Shown here piece after piece: positions 62,601 to 64,000 of a stretch of 64,000 nt of DNA; within the stretch, counting starts at the first letter, position 1, and each line of letters starts with the position of its first letter. The translations under genes and the position numbers were made by a program. The stretch lies in NCBI GenBank assembly GCA_051362555.1, contig CM120645.1:10540001-10604000 (forward strand), read 5' to 3'. Below the pieces are notes generated by a model. It was not told the DNA's origin. It made no database searches and saw nothing but the letters and a program-made list of their open reading frames with translations. This DNA is from Lingula anatina. Taxonomy: Eukaryota > Animalia > Brachiopoda.

Positions 62601-63904
62601 GTAACTTATTTCTTATCTGTGGTGTCGAAGCAGGGTACCTCATATTGAATAACTCTGTCGCACTCACGCTCGCGAGCACACATACACACACACTCACGCA
62701 AAGTCATGCATACACACGCATGCACACACAAACACACACACACACACATTTAATCTGGAGGTAAGACTGGACTGTACGGGTTGGTCTTTACACCCTGGAG
62801 TACCTACGTGAGTTGATATATTGCTTACTGCCCAGTTTCTACAGTATATCCGCTACCATCTATAAAGGTTTAGTTATGAATTTTCCATCTGGTCATTAGT
62901 ACATATGCACCCATGAACAGACACATTTTGTTCATTGTCATGGTACGCGTATGTGTGCAAGTGGTTTCACACCGTGGTTGGTATCTCATCCCCGTTATTC
63001 ACCATCTGTTTTGCTTCAGATCACTACGAAGCTATCATGCAAGACATTGCCTACGAGGCCGCAGAAGTCACAGCGGGCAGAAGAGACGTCCCTCCCCGAC
63101 TTCACTCAAAATACGCTGGCTGGGAGAGGCGAATGCAATACGATCAGAACGCCGAACAACAACGTCCATCGGACGGCAGGAAGAAACGAAGGTCCAAAGG
63201 ACGAAAACGACCGAAAAATGCAAAGCCGAGTGGTGCGCTGGACGGGTCACAAGAAGGCGAAGGTTTGCTTGTAGAGAAGTATGCAGACCCCACCTGCGAT
63301 GATTCGTACGACTGGAGCAACGATTCATTTTACTCCTTTACCAGCGACGACCTGGGGGAACCCGGTTCCAGCAGGACAAAAGCGTCCGGCCCGATGGAAT
63401 ATTACGATTCTGGAGAAGACGAATATGAAGACCGACAGCAGTCTGGGGCAGCGGGGAGGGTCACTGCGGAGAAAGAGAAACATCGGGTGGCTGGCAAAAA
63501 GAACCGCGACCGCGATGAATCTATCAAACAAAAACAGTCTCATCGTACCCAAGACCAAACTTACATGCATAGAGACAAGGGTGCGATTAAGTCGAGGCAG
63601 GATTCTGGTGGCTTTGAAAGCAAAATAATAGTCCAGGACACATCTGGGGGATACGAACAACAAGGTGCTGACGGTGTCCAAGGTGTCGGTTCAAAGCGTC
63701 CATCTCACTTGGCGTCGCCTGTCCGACAGGCCAAGCAGCACGTGAGTCGTATAACGGCAGACCTAAGCGACAGGTCTGTAGTGTCCCCAAGGAACACGAA
63801 GAGCAGATTACAGATCCTTAATCCGGCGGTCAAGAACAGGACAGGCCAACCCAGTACAAGGCAAGGCAAGCTGGAGGCGCCGCGTTTTGCTGTTGATCAA
63901 TCGG
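53381..63904 (+). CDS. Host gene (partial, continues past window): 11 exons, >986 aa, uncharacterised and largely low-complexity/disordered protein
   Basis: Exons 53381-53476, 54135-54302, 54569-54706, 54996-55139, 55684-55857, 56115-56487, 56928-57245, 57586-57924, 58434-58655, 62499-62600, 63020-63904; all GT-AG with matching phases and no stops. The exon 6 donor is the least certain. Confidence 0.8.
55684..55857 (+). CDS. Host gene exon 5 (IRKRDFVPGRVARPVFHCERCMEHW...)
   Basis: CTACCAG acceptor, GTAAGT donor, phase 0/0; contains a CxxC motif. Confidence 0.8.
57586..57924 (+). CDS. Host gene exon 8 (acidic GDDGEDDDVDANVDFAMATDRSWMEDMA...)
   Basis: CTGCAG acceptor, GTAAGT donor, phase 1/1. 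Confidence 0.82.
59442..61391 (-). CDS. TRPV-like (TRPV5/6-related) cation channel, copy B, 649 aa, nested antisense in host intron 9
   Basis: Same motifs as copy A; lies wholly within intron 58656-62498. Confidence 0.9.
   Translation of the reverse strand: MNLNDDTDILSLSSYSLDPGHGNPDVGVQDHIFIRSARNQCTSSNTQEVNVITKPGHPALETRWDLYDILITDNAAELEAWLGNLPAPDIKRLVNTPFVYDINRNTSFKQPALHRLETPAFSAPISLTVVYGAVHCFGVLLKYDVNILTVDDKGSNIIHALVWANHKWPGQDDVHRRMYGYLNDTLSRDSMKVLLHQVDETGLRPLELATILPSLTMALTILDTEGIYRFPQVTRGFDLITWYDLTEYHVTNSKESWSRYMIAPRKAIAAFDKNVLKDPALHSFMASPVISTLISNSVSSLWILLLVTDAITVIYAMLVWFALIYIWFNDIFQDEDGTWATFINNDTVLDCKKDLHNDIFVKTQWQIGQISVYICLTFSCFNIVYNIGTILLTVFKTRVLNHKQYAIYFFALSNRQNTIVSARFFTVVYFFRDIFIVLSFLLSIQNDRSDDVKASILGLLATAGAMNMMHVIYILQLFPKLGDYVQLGRHLLFDFLYVGFLTAVCMFCFLPGFYSFFRSECSADFKDVLSSIYTLSKMILNMVHVTEDVKPPFVLVVMYMHIGFVALVAIIAVNFMIAVFSETVSRLYESKDVLKSLQKLLVMNDIESIAKPMLVMLKWKKGMIEKDGRLFLPVHHEPCLLQKRRALNM
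61805..61964. repeat. 32-bp inverted repeat pair (2 mismatches) around a ~96-bp spacer
   Basis: AAGTGAAACACACTTCCACCCTCTGTGAATGA at 61805-61836 versus TCATTCATAGAGGGTGGAAGTGTGTTTCGCTT at 61933-61964. Confidence 0.9.
62499..62600 (+). CDS. Host gene exon 10 (DAEDDSDEDYDDPDADVFVWRAMG...)
   Basis: TACGCAG acceptor, GTAACT donor, phase 1/1; first exon after the channel-containing intron. Confidence 0.8.
63020..63904 (+). CDS. Host gene exon 11 (DHYEAIMQDIAYEAAE...AVDQS)
   Basis: ORF 62935..63936; GCTTCAG acceptor, GTATGT donor. Confidence 0.88.
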
Positions 63905-64000
63905 GTATGTTTCAATGTAGACACGCGCATGAGTGAATAACACCAATATCCGATAAATTTTAAGCTAAGCCTGACCTCTGTACTTTTGGTGATTTACCAT

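Larger units (their letters stand above)
46890..63920 (+). repeat. Tandem segmental duplication: copy A ~46890-53050, copy B ~53200-63920
   Basis: Collinear similarity of promoter (TCACCAAACAAA...GTAGCAAC), exons, introns, TRPV-like gene and terminal exon (GGCGGTCAAGA...GGAGGCGCCG...TCGGG); copy A has large deletions. Confidence 0.93.

Overview
AT-rich, intron-containing eukaryotic DNA, most likely from an invertebrate animal (the gene and repeat content looks lophotrochozoan, which is inference). Five things could be assembled by hand from GT-AG sites and frame continuity. (1) A complete 22-exon minus-strand gene (24527 to 2587, about 1394 aa) encoding an uncharacterised protein with four tandem ~60-aa 'KTYIRTKSG' repeats, three Ser/Tyr-basic repeats, many xDG hairpin motifs and a C-terminal EF-hand-like region. 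(2) An ~18 kb gene-poor stretch with MITEs, a Helentron/HINE-type element and microsatellites. (3) An intronless rhodopsin-class peptide-receptor-like GPCR with DVY in place of DRY. (4) A plus-strand gene of 11 or more exons (53381 to beyond the window end) carrying an intronless-CDS TRPV-like channel nested antisense in one intron. (5) An upstream tandem duplicate of that unit in which the host copy is pseudogenised but the nested channel is intact and has diverged mainly in its transmembrane and pore segments. No tRNA, rRNA or CRISPR array was recognised. Exon models are manual and unverified by transcript data.
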